A stretch of 64,000 nucleotides of DNA. It comes from an uncultured Actinomycetes bacterium (GTDB taxonomy: Bacteria > Actinomycetota > Thermoleophilia > RBG-16-64-13). A program made the position numbers and the translations under genes. The first letter of the stretch is position 1. Each line of letters opens with the position of its first letter. Below are positions 1-10,274 of the stretch, one piece after another. Below the pieces are notes generated by a model. The model was not told where the DNA came from, searched no databases, and was given only the letters and a program-made list of their open reading frames with translations. Location of the stretch: contig CAVPLM010000005.1 of assembly GCA_963706025.1 (NCBI GenBank), positions 1,056,001 through 1,120,000 of the forward strand, given 5' to 3'.

Positions 1-138
1 TATCTCCTTCTTCGACGACGGGTGCGTGCCCACGACCTCGAGCACGTCACCCGGGGAAGCCCGCCGCAAAGCCTTGCGAACTTCGACCAGGGGGACCGGA
101 CAGGTCTCCCCCTTCACATCGAGTCTTGTATCAGCCAC
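1..138 (-). CDS. TusA/SirA-family sulfur carrier protein (5' part; runs off window start)
   Basis: Not in the ORF track. Manual translation from GTG at 138 (GGAGG RBS upstream): MADTRLDVKGETCPVPLVEVRKALRRASPGDVLEVVGTHPSSKKEI, with the TusA LDxxGxxCPxP motif. Confidence 0.85.
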   Translation of the reverse strand, partial: MADTRLDVKGETCPVPLVEVRKALRRASPGDVLEVVGTHPSSKKEI

Positions 139-215
139 TCGCCGACCTCCCCTTCAACGACCTGCAGAAGACCGGTTGTCCCGGTCCGTTATCGGCTACC
201 CGCGTCTGCCCACGC

Positions 216-246
216 ACAAACAAAAGGCGCCGGTCTCCCGGCGCCT
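216..246 (-). terminator. Rho-independent terminator of the RRM gene
   Basis: Minus strand reads AGGCGCCGG-GAGA-CCGGCGCCT followed by TTTGTTTGT, about 60 nt after the stop at 305. Confidence 0.8.
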
Positions 247-304
247 CAGCCTCAAAACAGTGATGGGCCCGCCGGCGAGCGAGCCCCGGCCTGATCGGTC
301 GTGA

Positions 305-664
305 CTACCAGCGCGAACCTCCGCTTTGGCCGCCCCCGCCGTAGCCGCCGCCACCGTATCCGCCCCCGCCGTAGCCGCTGCGCCCGCCGCTGTAGCCACC
401 CGGCTTGCGTTGCTCTTGCTCGCGCGCGTTATCGACATTGATGCTGCGCCCGTCCAGATCGGTCCCGTTCAGGGCGGTCTTTGCCGCCTCTCCTTCCTCA
501 GGGGTGCTCATCTCTACGAAAGCGAACCCCTTCGGGCGCCCAGTCTGCCGATCGGTGATGATGTTCACTGACACCACTTCGCCGTGTTCCCCGAACGCCT
601 TTTCCAGGGTCTCTTTGGTGGTGCCGTAGGAGAGGTTACCGACATACAGTCTCGCCGTGCTCAT
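305..664 (-). CDS. RRM (RNP-1) RNA-binding protein with Gly-rich tail
   Basis: RNP2 LYVGNL, RNP1 KGFAFVEM and C-terminal GGGGY repeats. Start placed at ATG 664 from GGAGG spacing. Confidence 0.95.
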   Translation of the reverse strand: MSTARLYVGNLSYGTTKETLEKAFGEHGEVVSVNIITDRQTGRPKGFAFVEMSTPEEGEAAKTALNGTDLDGRSINVDNAREQEQRKPGGYSGGRSGYGGGGYGGGGYGGGGQSGGSRW

Positions 665-899
665 CATGTCCTCCACAGATCCCAGTGACAGAACCGCATG
701 CGTTCGGATGCACCTGCGGACGGACGAGTAGATGAAGCACTCTGCACGTCGCGGGGAGAGCTTCCTATCGATGCTGTTCCATCATACTGACTGAGAGGCA
801 AGTAAAGCAAGCGGCTTCCCGGATGACGAATCTGCGGGCAGCGAGAGCGGGTATATGATGTTGATAGGCACTCTAGAAATCCTGGAGGTCCACCAGTCT

Positions 900-1695
900 A
901 TGGCCGACGCCCACCCACCCGGGGCCCTCCACGCTCTGCCGGAGATCAGGCAGAGGATCGACGGGCGCAGGTGCGCATTCTTCTTGGATCTTGACGGCAC
1001 TCTGGCTCCCATCGCCCCCCATCCTGACCAGCTCCGGCTGCCAAGGAAGACCAGGACGACCCTGAGCCGTCTCGCTTCGCGCGATCTGGTCTGCATTGTC
1101 TCCGGTCGCGGCCTGGAGGATCTTCGGCTGAAGGTCGGCCTGGATCCCGTCTACTACGCTGCCGCTCACGGCCATCGTATCGTCGGGCCCGCGGGATCGG
1201 GGATCGACCTCGAGGTGGGGACAGGAGTACGAGGAGCAGTTGCGAGCAGCCGCCCAGGAATTGAGAGACAGGCTGCTCTCCGTCGAGGGGGTGGTCCTGG
1301 AAGAGAAGGGGCTCTCGCTCTCTATCCACTATCGTCTGGTGCCCGAGCGTAAGCGCCCGGTGGTCGACCGGGCAGTGGCGGACGTGACCCTGAGCTTCCC
1401 CGCGCTCCGTTTGACAGGGGGCAAGCTGGTGCACGAGCTACGACCCCCGGGGGACTGGGACAAGGGCCGGGCCGTGCTCTGGCTGCTGGAGACTCTGGGA
1501 TGGGAGCCAAGTGGCAGTTGTCCTATCTGTCTGGGTGACGATCTCACCGACGAAGACATGTTCGCGGCGGTAGACGGCTGGGGAGTGGCCATGGTGGTCG
1601 GCTATCCGGACCGGTCCACTCGGGCTCACTACCGGCTACGTGATTCTGACGAAGTCGTGACCCTACTGGAGTGGTTCACCGGCCGTGACGGCTAG
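900..1695 (+). CDS. otsB: Trehalose-6-phosphate phosphatase (HAD family), split by a +1 frameshift near 1217-1220
   Basis: [20 protein letters not shown] and [11 protein letters not shown] motifs are spread over ORFs 855-1352 and 1240-1695. Removing one G from the GGGG run joins them. ATG at 900 follows GGAGG. Confidence 0.88.
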
Positions 1696-1757
1696 AGACC
1701 CTCTCTAATCGGGTAACATATGCTCCCAAGCCGGTTTCGGCAGGAGGAGGTCTTGGA

Positions 1758-2444
1758 GTGGTCGATTTCGCGATCAAGGACTGCACTCTGGCCATAATGG
1801 CAACCGGTCGCCGTGCCCAGACCCTGCGCGAACTGCGCAATATCCTACGTGACATCCACCCGGGGTGTGTCTACCATCACTTCTGGGGCACCTTGCTACG
1901 GGCACAATTCTCAGACCGCGAGTTCAACAACGACTTCGCCACCTGGTGCCACCATAGTCTCCACGACAATAGGGCGGCGGAACGCCTGGCCGTCATCGAC
2001 CCGGCCGACTACGCAGACATGGAGGGACTCCGCCAGGAGGTGATCGAGGTAATCGACGAACGCCTGGACGAGACAGAGCTCATGTTGTTCGCCCGGGCCG
2101 ATCAACAGTTCCATTTCGTTCGCTCGGTCATCGTGGTCTTCGACACCTACCGGCGCGTCGCCGATCCGGCCGAGTTCGTACACCTGCTTCCGGAGCTCTC
2201 CATAGGTAGCATCTTCTATCATTTCATCGATGCCCGACGTCGAGAGCCGGTCGGGGTGGATGACTTCCGTGCCTGGCTCCTGGGACTGGGCCAGGAGTAC
2301 GAGGGTCTCTGCGGCGCCCTTGCCGAGGTGGACCCCTACTTCGAGTCGCTCTTCGTGCTTCGCAGCCGTCTTGCCGAACTGTTCGCCGAGCATCTGGAGG
2401 CTACCCAGCCGGACACACCGCCTGCCCCGTCCCGAGGAGGCTGA
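1758..2444 (+). CDS. DUF5752-like protein (trehalose-cluster associated)
   Basis: Two internal repeats (VYHHF...NDFATW and IFYHF...DDFRAW). GGAGGAGG RBS. Directly upstream of treT. Confidence 0.75.
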   Translation: MVDFAIKDCTLAIMATGRRAQTLRELRNILRDIHPGCVYHHFWGTLLRAQFSDREFNNDFATWCHHSLHDNRAAERLAVIDPADYADMEGLRQEVIEVIDERLDETELMLFARADQQFHFVRSVIVVFDTYRRVADPAEFVHLLPELSIGSIFYHFIDARRREPVGVDDFRAWLLGLGQEYEGLCGALAEVDPYFESLFVLRSRLAELFAEHLEATQPDTPPAPSRGG

Positions 2445-2445
2445 G

Positions 2446-3702
2446 ATGGCCAAGCATGCCGAACGGAGCCTGCTCGACCGTTATGCGGTGCACGCCGGGC
2501 AGGACGCCATCCAGCAACTCCGCCAGCTGGCAAGGCCTCTGTCGGGCCTGAAAGTCGTGCACGTGAACTCTACCCGCCAAGGCGGAGGAGTGGCCGAGAT
2601 CCTGGTGAAGTTGGTCCCCCTCATGCAGGAGCTCGGACTGGATACCAGCTGGGAGGTCATCGAGGGAAACGATGACTTCTTCGCCTGCACGAAGTCCTTC
2701 CACAATGCCCTCCAGGGCAAGAATCTGCGCATCCCCGAGCCTCTGCTGCGCGTTTACGAACAGGTCAACGCCGCCAACGCCGACAAGTTGCGCCCTGTTC
2801 TTGAAGCGGCCGATTTCGTGTTCATACACGACCCCCAACCCGCTCCGCTGCTGAGCCACTGCCCCGAGCGCCGGGGTAGATGGATCTGGCGCTGCCACAT
2901 CGATCTCAGCCACCCCTACAGGCCTGTCTGGAACTATCTCCGCCAGTTCGTCGCCTCCTACGATGCGAGCATCTTCTCCCTGGAAGCGTTCGCTCCGACG
3001 CTGCCGCACCCTGTCTTCATCATCCCACCCAGCATCGATCCCCTGAGCGAGAAGAACCAACCCCTCACGGAGAGGGAGGTGCGGAAGGTACTGGAGGAGT
3101 TCTCCATCGACCCGAACCGGCCGATGATCCTGCAGGTCTCGCGCTTCGACCGGTTCAAGGACCCTCTGGGTGTCATCCAGGCCTATCGACTGGCCACGCA
3201 GTTCGTGCCCAGCCTTCAACTGGTGCTGGCCGGAGGCGGCGCGGTCGACGACCCCGAAGGTGAAGGGGTTCTGAGAGAGGTGCGAGAGGCGGCTGAGGGA
3301 GACCCGGACATCCACGTCCTGTCTTCGGGCCATTACAGCGACAGAACGATCAATGCCCTGCAGACCGCGGCCGACATCGTCTTGCAGAAGTCCCTCCGTG
3401 AGGGTTTCGGCCTCACGGTCACAGAGGCGATGTGGAAGGGAAAGCCCGTCATCGGAGGCAATACGGGTGGGATCCGGCTCCAGATCACGAATCATCGTAC
3501 CGGGTTCCTGGTGGACACCCCTGAGGGTGCGGCCATGCGCATTCGCTACCTGCTCTTCGAGCGCCACCGCATAGGGCAGATCGGGAATAACGCGCGGGAG
3601 CTCGTTCGGCAGAGCTTTCTGAACACCCGGCATCTTCGCGAGTATCTGACTCTGATGGTCGCCCTCTTGCACGGCGTCGAGGATCGCATCGAGCTCGAAT
3701 AG
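2446..3702 (+). CDS. treT: Trehalose synthase TreT-type GT4 glycosyltransferase
   Basis: HVNSTxxGGGVAEIL, IHDPQP, WRCHID, SRFDRFKDP and EGFGLTVTEAMWKG motifs. True start is ATG 2446 after GAGGAGG. Confidence 0.9.
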   Translation: MAKHAERSLLDRYAVHAGQDAIQQLRQLARPLSGLKVVHVNSTRQGGGVAEILVKLVPLMQELGLDTSWEVIEGNDDFFACTKSFHNALQGKNLRIPEPLLRVYEQVNAANADKLRPVLEAADFVFIHDPQPAPLLSHCPERRGRWIWRCHIDLSHPYRPVWNYLRQFVASYDASIFSLEAFAPTLPHPVFIIPPSIDPLSEKNQPLTEREVRKVLEEFSIDPNRPMILQVSRFDRFKDPLGVIQAYRLATQFVPSLQLVLAGGGAVDDPEGEGVLREVREAAEGDPDIHVLSSGHYSDRTINALQTAADIVLQKSLREGFGLTVTEAMWKGKPVIGGNTGGIRLQITNHRTGFLVDTPEGAAMRIRYLLFERHRIGQIGNNARELVRQSFLNTRHLREYLTLMVALLHGVEDRIELE

Positions 3703-3734
3703 ACCTGTTCCTGCAGACCGACCAAGGAGTGCGC

Positions 3735-5223
3735 ATGGCCGCGCGAATCGACCAAGAGGCTCATCGTCGTATCCAACCGGCTCCCCTACGTGCTCGAGAA
3801 ACAGAACGGCGAGAAGTGGGCCCTCAGGCCAGGCTCGGGAGGTCTGGTCACCGCCCTCCTCCCCGTGCTACGCGACCGGGGCGGCGTCTGGATCGGTTGG
3901 CCGGGGGTCACCGAAGAGGTGCCGGGGGTCAAGGAGGTCTTCCGCGCGGCCGTACGAGGCGCCGGCTACGAGCTCAAGCCCGTCTCCCTTAGCAAGGATG
4001 AGATCGACAAGTACTATCACGGCTATTCCAACGAGAGCGTCTGGCCCTTGTTCCACGACCTCCAATCCAGGGCCGAGTTCGATCCCGAGTACTGGCACAC
4101 GTATGTCAAAGTCAACCGCAAGTTCGCCGAGGCGCTGGTCCATGAGTGCCGCCCCGACGATTTCGTGTGGATCCACGATTATCAACTGATGGATGTCGCC
4201 CACCACGTACGCGAGACGGACTGTGATGTAGACCTGGCCTTCTTTCTTCATATCCCGTTCCCGGCCCCCGACATCTTCATGAAGCTGCCCGAGCGCCAGG
4301 CTGTGCTCGACTCGCTCCTTGCCAACGATCTGGTCGGTTTTCAGACTCTGCGGGACCGGCGCAATTTCATCCAATGTGTGCGAACGCTCGTGAAGGGCGC
4401 CCGCCTTCGGGTGGAGGGACATCTGCACGTAGTAGGGCTTCAGGACCGAGAGATGCGGGTAGGCAACTTCCCCATCGGCATCGATGCACGGGCCTTCGCA
4501 GAACGGGCGGCGGCGCCCGAGGTCGAGGAGCGGCTGCAGGCGATCCGGGAACGGTTCGAAGGCAGGCAGATCGTGCTGGGGCTCGATAGGTTGGACTACA
4601 CGAAGGGGATCCCCCACAGGTTGCGGGCCTTCGCCAACCTTCTCGAGCGGTTCCCCGAGGTTCGGGGGCGGATCCACTTGTTTCAAGTGGTCGTCCCCAG
4701 CCGCGTGGGCATTCCCAAGTACGACGAACTCAAGGTCGAGATCGAACGGCTGGTCGGCGAGATCAACGGGCGCTACTCGCAGGTGGGCTGGGTGCCGGTC
4801 CACTACTTCTTCCGCAGCCTCGACTCGATCGAGCTGTTGGCCTTCTATCGGGCGGCGACCATCGCGCTCATCACTCCACTCAAGGACGGCATGAACCTGG
4901 TGGCCAAGGAGTTTTGCGCCTGCAGCCTGGAGGAGGACTCCGTGCTCATCCTTAGTCAATTCGCGGGGGCAGCGGCTCAAATGGGCCGAGCGGCGCTGGT
5001 GGTCAATCCCTACGACGTGGAGCAGACCGCCGACGCTATCTACAACGCGTTCCGCATGGGCTCGAGCGAGCGACGTTATCGCATGAGGCGCCTGCGCCGC
5101 AACTTGTACAATCAGGACGTCTTCTGGTGGGTTGACTCATTCATAGGAGCTGCGATCGACAAGGAGCTTCGCGACTTCCCGGTGCTGGAGGAGTACATCC
5201 CCGAGCATCACGAGCACCACTAG
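3735..5223 (+). CDS. otsA: Trehalose-6-phosphate synthase (GT20); apparent +1 frameshift just after the start codon
   Basis: RLIVVSNRLP lies upstream of and in frame with ORF 3790. Also GGLVTAL, WIHDYQL, FFLHIPFP, DRLDYTKGI and DGMNLVAKE. The RBS-preceded ATG 3735 is one base out of frame. Confidence 0.92.
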
Positions 5224-5346
5224 GTCAGGGAGTGGCTTCACCGTTGTGCGCCGCTCAGACGGACGATGCCCGGCACCTCGGCGGCCCCGCGGGCGTGGGG
5301 AAACCGACGAGTCCCTCCATCCTCGTCGGCCGCAGCCATATCCGGA

Positions 5347-5619
5347 CTACGAGGCCGAGTCGTCCGCGGCTTCCAGATCGGAGGACCCGGCTGCACTCTC
5401 CTGGCGATCGAGCGCCGAAAGGATGTCCTGCAACTCGGCCACGCGGCTGCTGAGCGCGGAGAGCTCGGTGGTAAGCCGTTCAGCAGCCTGAGAGACCTTC
5501 GAGCCCGCCTCTTCACTGAGCTCGTCCTCCAGGATCAACTCCTCGATCTCGTCCAGATAGAAGAAGGCCTCATCCAGTTTGAGCTTGGCTTTGTCCAGAT
5601 TGCCGATGATCCGTTCCAA
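5347..5619 (-). CDS. Small acidic coiled-coil hypothetical protein
   Basis: GGAGG RBS, TTG start, and a heptad-like Leu/Glu pattern over 90 aa. Confidence 0.6.
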   Translation of the reverse strand: MERIIGNLDKAKLKLDEAFFYLDEIEELILEDELSEEAGSKVSQAAERLTTELSALSSRVAELQDILSALDRQESAAGSSDLEAADDSAS

Positions 5620-5714
5620 TCGTTCCTCCCTCCAGCATCCGGTTGTATATTACACATTGTTGCCCGTTTGACGTCGTCCGTGAGCCAAGACTCAGCCAAA
5701 GGAGGCCCGCCCGG

Positions 5715-6431
5715 ATGCCTGGTCCCGCCGCGAGCGTATTCAAGGTCGGTGTCTCCGACCAGGTGGTCGTGACGGCGAAAGCGGCTGTCCCCAACCGGTT
5801 GAGGCCTGATACTCCGGCCCTTATCTTGGCCCATGGGGCCAACAACGACCTGGACCATCCGTTGCTCGCTTACTTGGCCGCCCACCTTGTAGAGATGACC
5901 GATGTCCTCGTGGTCCGTTTCAACTTCCCCTACGTGGAGCGCGGCGCCGTATCTCCGGACCCGCAGAGACTCCTCGAGGACACCTTTAGGCGGGTGCACG
6001 ATCACGTGGTTGACGAGTTGTGCGGACCCGGAGCCCCCATCTTCGTAGGGGGCAAGTCCCTAGGGGGTAGGGTGGCGGCCGAGTTGGTCTCGCGCGGCCG
6101 GGAGGGAGAAGGTCTTCTTGTCGTGGGGTTGATCGTGCTCGGTTATCCCCTGCACGCCCCGGGGCACAAAGACCGCCTGCACGTGGAGCCGCTCAGGCGT
6201 ATCGGCATCCCGAGCCTGTTCTGCGTTGGAAGTCGAGATCCCCTCTGCGACACGGAACTACTCGGGCCCATCATCGCCGGGCTGTCTCATCCCGGCGCGC
6301 TGTACGTCATCGCGGGCGGTGACCACTCGCTCCGTCTGTCCTCGGCGTCCCGCCGGCAGCCTGAGGAGGGCTACCAAGACGTCGCCCGCAAGATGGGCGG
6401 CTTCATGGAGAGCGTGGTCCAGGCGGCTTGA
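5715..6431 (+). CDS. Alpha/beta hydrolase (KANL3/Tex30-like family)
   Basis: LAHGA, RFNFPY, nucleophile elbow GGKSLGG, LGYPLH, GSRDPL and GGDHSL triad motifs. ATG 5715 follows GGAGG. Confidence 0.85.
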   Translation: MPGPAASVFKVGVSDQVVVTAKAAVPNRLRPDTPALILAHGANNDLDHPLLAYLAAHLVEMTDVLVVRFNFPYVERGAVSPDPQRLLEDTFRRVHDHVVDELCGPGAPIFVGGKSLGGRVAAELVSRGREGEGLLVVGLIVLGYPLHAPGHKDRLHVEPLRRIGIPSLFCVGSRDPLCDTELLGPIIAGLSHPGALYVIAGGDHSLRLSSASRRQPEEGYQDVARKMGGFMESVVQAA

Positions 6432-6450
6432 GCGGACGGCCGAACGCGGG

Positions 6451-7401
6451 TCATGGCGCGGGCGGCGCCGGTTCTGCGGCCAGTTCCGCCGTCTCTTCGG
6501 AGCCCAGCCGGGCAAGCGTGGTACCGGCGAAGACAAGGGCGAAGCCGAACAAGGTCCTCAGAGTCAGGCTGTCGTAGCCCACGGCTATGGAGACCATCAG
6601 GGCGAACACCGCCTCCAGGCTCATGAGCACCCCCGCCAGAGTGGGAGGCGTGTGTCGTTGACCAAGGGCCATAAGCATGTACGCCACCAGGCCTCCCATG
6701 ACTCCGGTCCAAAGAACGGCGCCCATCGCCCCCCAGCCGGGGAAGACCGCAGGCTGCTCGAAGGCGAACGAACCGGCCAGCGAGAGGACCGCGCACACCG
6801 TCAATTGCAGCTGTACGAACGCTATCGCGCTGATACGGGACGAACCGTAGCCCACCCCCAGGATGTGAAGAGCCCAGAAGACGGTGGCGAGCACGGTGAA
6901 GAGCTCCCCCCAGCCGAAGGTGAGCTCTCCATAGAGGGAGAGGAGGGCAAAACCGCCCGCGACCACGATCACCCCTATCCCCACCATAGGCGACGGCCAA
7001 CGACCCGTGAAGAGACCGATGATGAGGGGCACCATTATCACGTAGAGGCTGGTCAGGAAACCGGAGACTCCCGGCGACGTGGACTGCAGCCCGATCGTCT
7101 GCAGAACGAAGCCCGCGAACAACAGGACACCTACGCCGCATCCGATCATCCAGCCTTCACGGTTCAGCCTTCGTAGACGGCCGATGCTGAAGGGAGCCAG
7201 AAGAACGGCGCCGACCAAGAATCGAAGCCCCAGGTAGTAGAGGGGCGGCATCTCGCCCATCGCATACTTCACCAGGACGAAGTTGCCGCCCCATATGACC
7301 CCGGCGATCACCAGTGCGGTCTCGGCCAGCAGCCTCACCCGCCGCGGTGCCCCGGGACCGCCCCCGATGAGGCGCGTGCTAAGGCCCTTCAGCCCGGACA
7401 T
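6451..7401 (-). CDS. EamA/DMT family transporter
   Basis: About 10 TM segments. IWGGNFV, LRF, LQTIGLQSTS and SLEAVFA are typical of duplicated EamA domains. Confidence 0.9.
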   Translation of the reverse strand: MSGLKGLSTRLIGGGPGAPRRVRLLAETALVIAGVIWGGNFVLVKYAMGEMPPLYYLGLRFLVGAVLLAPFSIGRLRRLNREGWMIGCGVGVLLFAGFVLQTIGLQSTSPGVSGFLTSLYVIMVPLIIGLFTGRWPSPMVGIGVIVVAGGFALLSLYGELTFGWGELFTVLATVFWALHILGVGYGSSRISAIAFVQLQLTVCAVLSLAGSFAFEQPAVFPGWGAMGAVLWTGVMGGLVAYMLMALGQRHTPPTLAGVLMSLEAVFALMVSIAVGYDSLTLRTLFGFALVFAGTTLARLGSEETAELAAEPAPPAP

Positions 7402-7731
7402 CGTCTTGTCATGCAGCAGGAAGATCCACGACGAACGACTCCCATAGATCGCGAAGCGCTCAGGGAAGAGACGCGAGTCGCCCAGAAAGTAGCACAGCCG
7501 GCTCCTTTGGGGAGGAGCCGGCCATACCGCGGGGAATTATGCTCAGCTCTGCCACGGTCTGGGATGGGGGGGATCCCGAGATCGCGATAGCTCAGCGCTC
7601 AGCGTCATCAGTCTATTCTATGTATTATCATTAGTCCAATAGTTTGTTCTTATATGTGCTATAAGGTTTTTCTATTGATCGTGCTGCTCGATGGTGTCGC
7701 GACCCGTCTCCCCTGGGGGGAACGAAAAGCC

Positions 7732-8670
7732 TTGGAGCTCACCCAACTAAAATACTACGTCACCATCGCCGAGACCCTCAGCTTCACCAGGGCGGCCGAG
7801 CTCCTGCATGTGTCGCAGCCGGCCCTGAGCTATCAAATGAGGCGTCTGGAGTTGGAACTGGGGACTCGGCTGTTCGATCGCGGAGGGCGGAAGATAAGAC
7901 TCACGTCCGACGGCGAGATCTTCCTACCTCTTGCCCAGAACGTGTTGCTCAGGGCGGATGAGGCCGTGCGGGTCCTCAGGGAGCACATGGGTGTCGAGGC
8001 GGGAGAAGTGCGCATGGGCTGCAATCCGTCCGTCGCGACCTATCGGGGCCCGGCGCTGATCGCTTCTTTCCAACGCGATTTCCCCCGGGTACGGGTGCAA
8101 CTCATCGAGGGCGGCGATCTCGAGCTGGAGCAAGGGGTCCTCGAGGGCACGATCGATTTCGCGGTAGCTACCGCCCCAGGGTCGCCTCAGACCCTGGAGG
8201 TCACCCCTCTGGGGGCCGAGGACCTGCTGCTGATCGTGTCTCCGGCACACCGGCACGCCGACCGCTCGACCGTCGCGCTGGCCGAGTTGAGCTACGAGCA
8301 ATTCGTCTTTCCCACCCATCCTTTCAACGTGACGGCCCAGGTCATCGACGCCTGCCGCCGAGCAGGCTTCGAGCCGAGAGTGGCCTATCAGACCGGTTCC
8401 CTGGAGTTGGTCAAGGGCTTCGTCAGGCAGGGGTTGGGAATCTCGGTGCTGCCGCGGATGGCGGTGGAAGGGCCGAGTGGAGAAGGCCTGGCCGTGATCG
8501 GGATCGAAGGGGGATTGACCCGCGAACTGAATCTGATCCGAGGCAAGGACCGAGCGGCCACGGCAGCCACGCGAGCGCTCATGACGCATGTGCGCGCTCA
8601 ACTAGGCGAGAACGCGGGGATGTCGCAACCCTCCCAGCAGGCACCCCAAGCCGAGCTGACGGGATCCTGA
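7732..8670 (+). CDS. LysR-family transcriptional regulator
   Basis: LTQLKYY...SFTRAAELLHVSQPALSYQMRRLE HTH plus substrate-binding domain. TTG start at 7732. AT-rich T-N11-A region upstream. Confidence 0.93.
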   Translation: MELTQLKYYVTIAETLSFTRAAELLHVSQPALSYQMRRLELELGTRLFDRGGRKIRLTSDGEIFLPLAQNVLLRADEAVRVLREHMGVEAGEVRMGCNPSVATYRGPALIASFQRDFPRVRVQLIEGGDLELEQGVLEGTIDFAVATAPGSPQTLEVTPLGAEDLLLIVSPAHRHADRSTVALAELSYEQFVFPTHPFNVTAQVIDACRRAGFEPRVAYQTGSLELVKGFVRQGLGISVLPRMAVEGPSGEGLAVIGIEGGLTRELNLIRGKDRAATAATRALMTHVRAQLGENAGMSQPSQQAPQAELTGS

Positions 8671-8752
8671 ACACGATGCGGAGACGCGCCCCGGCGTCGC
8701 CCTCGCCCCGGCGTCGCTCGGCGCGCCCTCGCGCCGCGGGCCGTGTCGGACC

Positions 8753-9751
8753 CTATTCCAGTTTGCCGCCCTTTCCCAGCCAGGGCATCATGGCCCTGAG
8801 CTGGCGGCCCACGATCTCGATCTCGTGCTCGGCTTCCTCGCGTTTGATGGCGTTGTACACCGGGCGCCCGGCCAGATTCTCGAGGATCCACTCCCGGGCG
8901 AACTCCCCGCTCTGGATCTCTTCGAGGATGTACTCCATCTCTTCCCGGACGTCTTCGCTGATCACCCGCTTGCCTCGGGTCATGTCGCCATACTCGGCGG
9001 TATCGGAGATGGAATAGCGCATCCCGCTGATGCCGTGCTCGTGGATCAGGTCCACGATCAGCTTCAGCTCGTGCAGGCACTCGAAGTAAGCCACCTCCGG
9101 CTGATAGCCGGCGTCTACGAGGGTCTCGAAACCCGCGCGGATGAGCTCACTGACGCCCCCGCATAGAACCGCCTGCTCGCCGAACAGGTCGGTCTCGGTC
9201 TCCTCTTTGAAGGTAGTCTCGATCACGCCGGCCCGCAGAGCGCCGATCCCCTTGGCGTACGCTAGGGCTCGGTCTCTGGCCTTGCCGGTCGCATCCTGGT
9301 AGACGGCCAGAAGCGCGGGTACGCCCCCACCCTCGGTGTAGACCCGGCGCACCAGGTGCCCGGGGCCTTTGGGAGCGATCATGGTGACGTCCACGAAGGC
9401 CGGGGGAACGATCTGGCTGAAGTGGATGTTGAATCCGTGGGCGAACATCAGCATGTCGCCGTCTTTCAGGTTGTCGCGAACGGCGGTCTCGTAGACGACT
9501 TTCTGCGCCTGGTCGGGCACGACCATCATGATCACGTCCGCCACGGCCGCGGCGGCGTTGGCCGTCAGTACCTCGAAACCGGCCGCAGTCGCTCTGTCCC
9601 AGGCGGGCGTCCCGGGAGCCTCAGCTACCACCACCTTGACGCCGCTGTCCCTGAGGTTCTGCGAATGGGCGTGTCCTTGGCTGCCGAAACCGATTACCGC
9701 CACCGTCTTGCCGTCGAGAAGACTCGAATCGGCGTCCTTTTCGTACAACAT
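8753..9751 (-). CDS. ilvC: Ketol-acid reductoisomerase
   Basis: [25 protein letters not shown] and [16 protein letters not shown] motifs. Confidence 0.98.
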   Translation of the reverse strand: MLYEKDADSSLLDGKTVAVIGFGSQGHAHSQNLRDSGVKVVVAEAPGTPAWDRATAAGFEVLTANAAAAVADVIMMVVPDQAQKVVYETAVRDNLKDGDMLMFAHGFNIHFSQIVPPAFVDVTMIAPKGPGHLVRRVYTEGGGVPALLAVYQDATGKARDRALAYAKGIGALRAGVIETTFKEETETDLFGEQAVLCGGVSELIRAGFETLVDAGYQPEVAYFECLHELKLIVDLIHEHGISGMRYSISDTAEYGDMTRGKRVISEDVREEMEYILEEIQSGEFAREWILENLAGRPVYNAIKREEAEHEIEIVGRQLRAMMPWLGKGGKLE

Positions 9752-9788
9752 CTCTGCTTTCTACCTCCTGTGCTGGTACGTCATGGCT

Positions 9789-10274
9789 CTAGGTCGGCCG
9801 TTTTCCCCGGCTCATGGCGATGTGCCCGGTGCGCGTCAACTCGACCACCCCAAAGGGGGCCAGGAGTTCCACGAAGGCGCTCACCTTATCACGGGTGCCG
9901 GTCATCTCGATGATCAGCACCTCGCTGGACACATCGACGATCCTGGCCCGGAAGATCTCGACCATCTGCATGATCTCTGCCCGCGCTTCGGCGTCGGCCT
10001 TGACCTTGATGAGCATCAACTCCCGCTCGACGCTCCCCGTCGGGTCCAGATCGATGATCTTGAGGACGTTGATGAGCTTATGCAGTTGCTTGGTGACCTG
10101 TTCGATCGGCTGATCCTGCTCGTCCACGGTGATGGTCATGCGGGACACGGCAAGACTCTCGGTCTCGGCCACCACGAGGCTGTCGATGTTGAACCCCCGC
10201 CGGGCGAAGAGGCCGGCCACCCGGGTCAGCACCCCGGGCTTGTTCTCGACCAGAACGGAGAGCGTGTGCTTCAT
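9789..10274 (-). CDS. ilvN: Acetolactate synthase small (regulatory) subunit
   Basis: ACT domain HTLSVLVENKPGVLTRVAGLFARRGFNIDSL. Overlaps the ilvB stop. Confidence 0.97.
   Translation of the reverse strand: MKHTLSVLVENKPGVLTRVAGLFARRGFNIDSLVVAETESLAVSRMTITVDEQDQPIEQVTKQLHKLINVLKIIDLDPTGSVERELMLIKVKADAEARAEIMQMVEIFRARIVDVSSEVLIIEMTGTRDKVSAFVELLAPFGVVELTRTGHIAMSRGKRPT

Noticed and set aside
320-400. Short GCCGCC/GTAGCC repeats
   Set aside because: They encode the ordinary GGGGY tail of the RRM protein.
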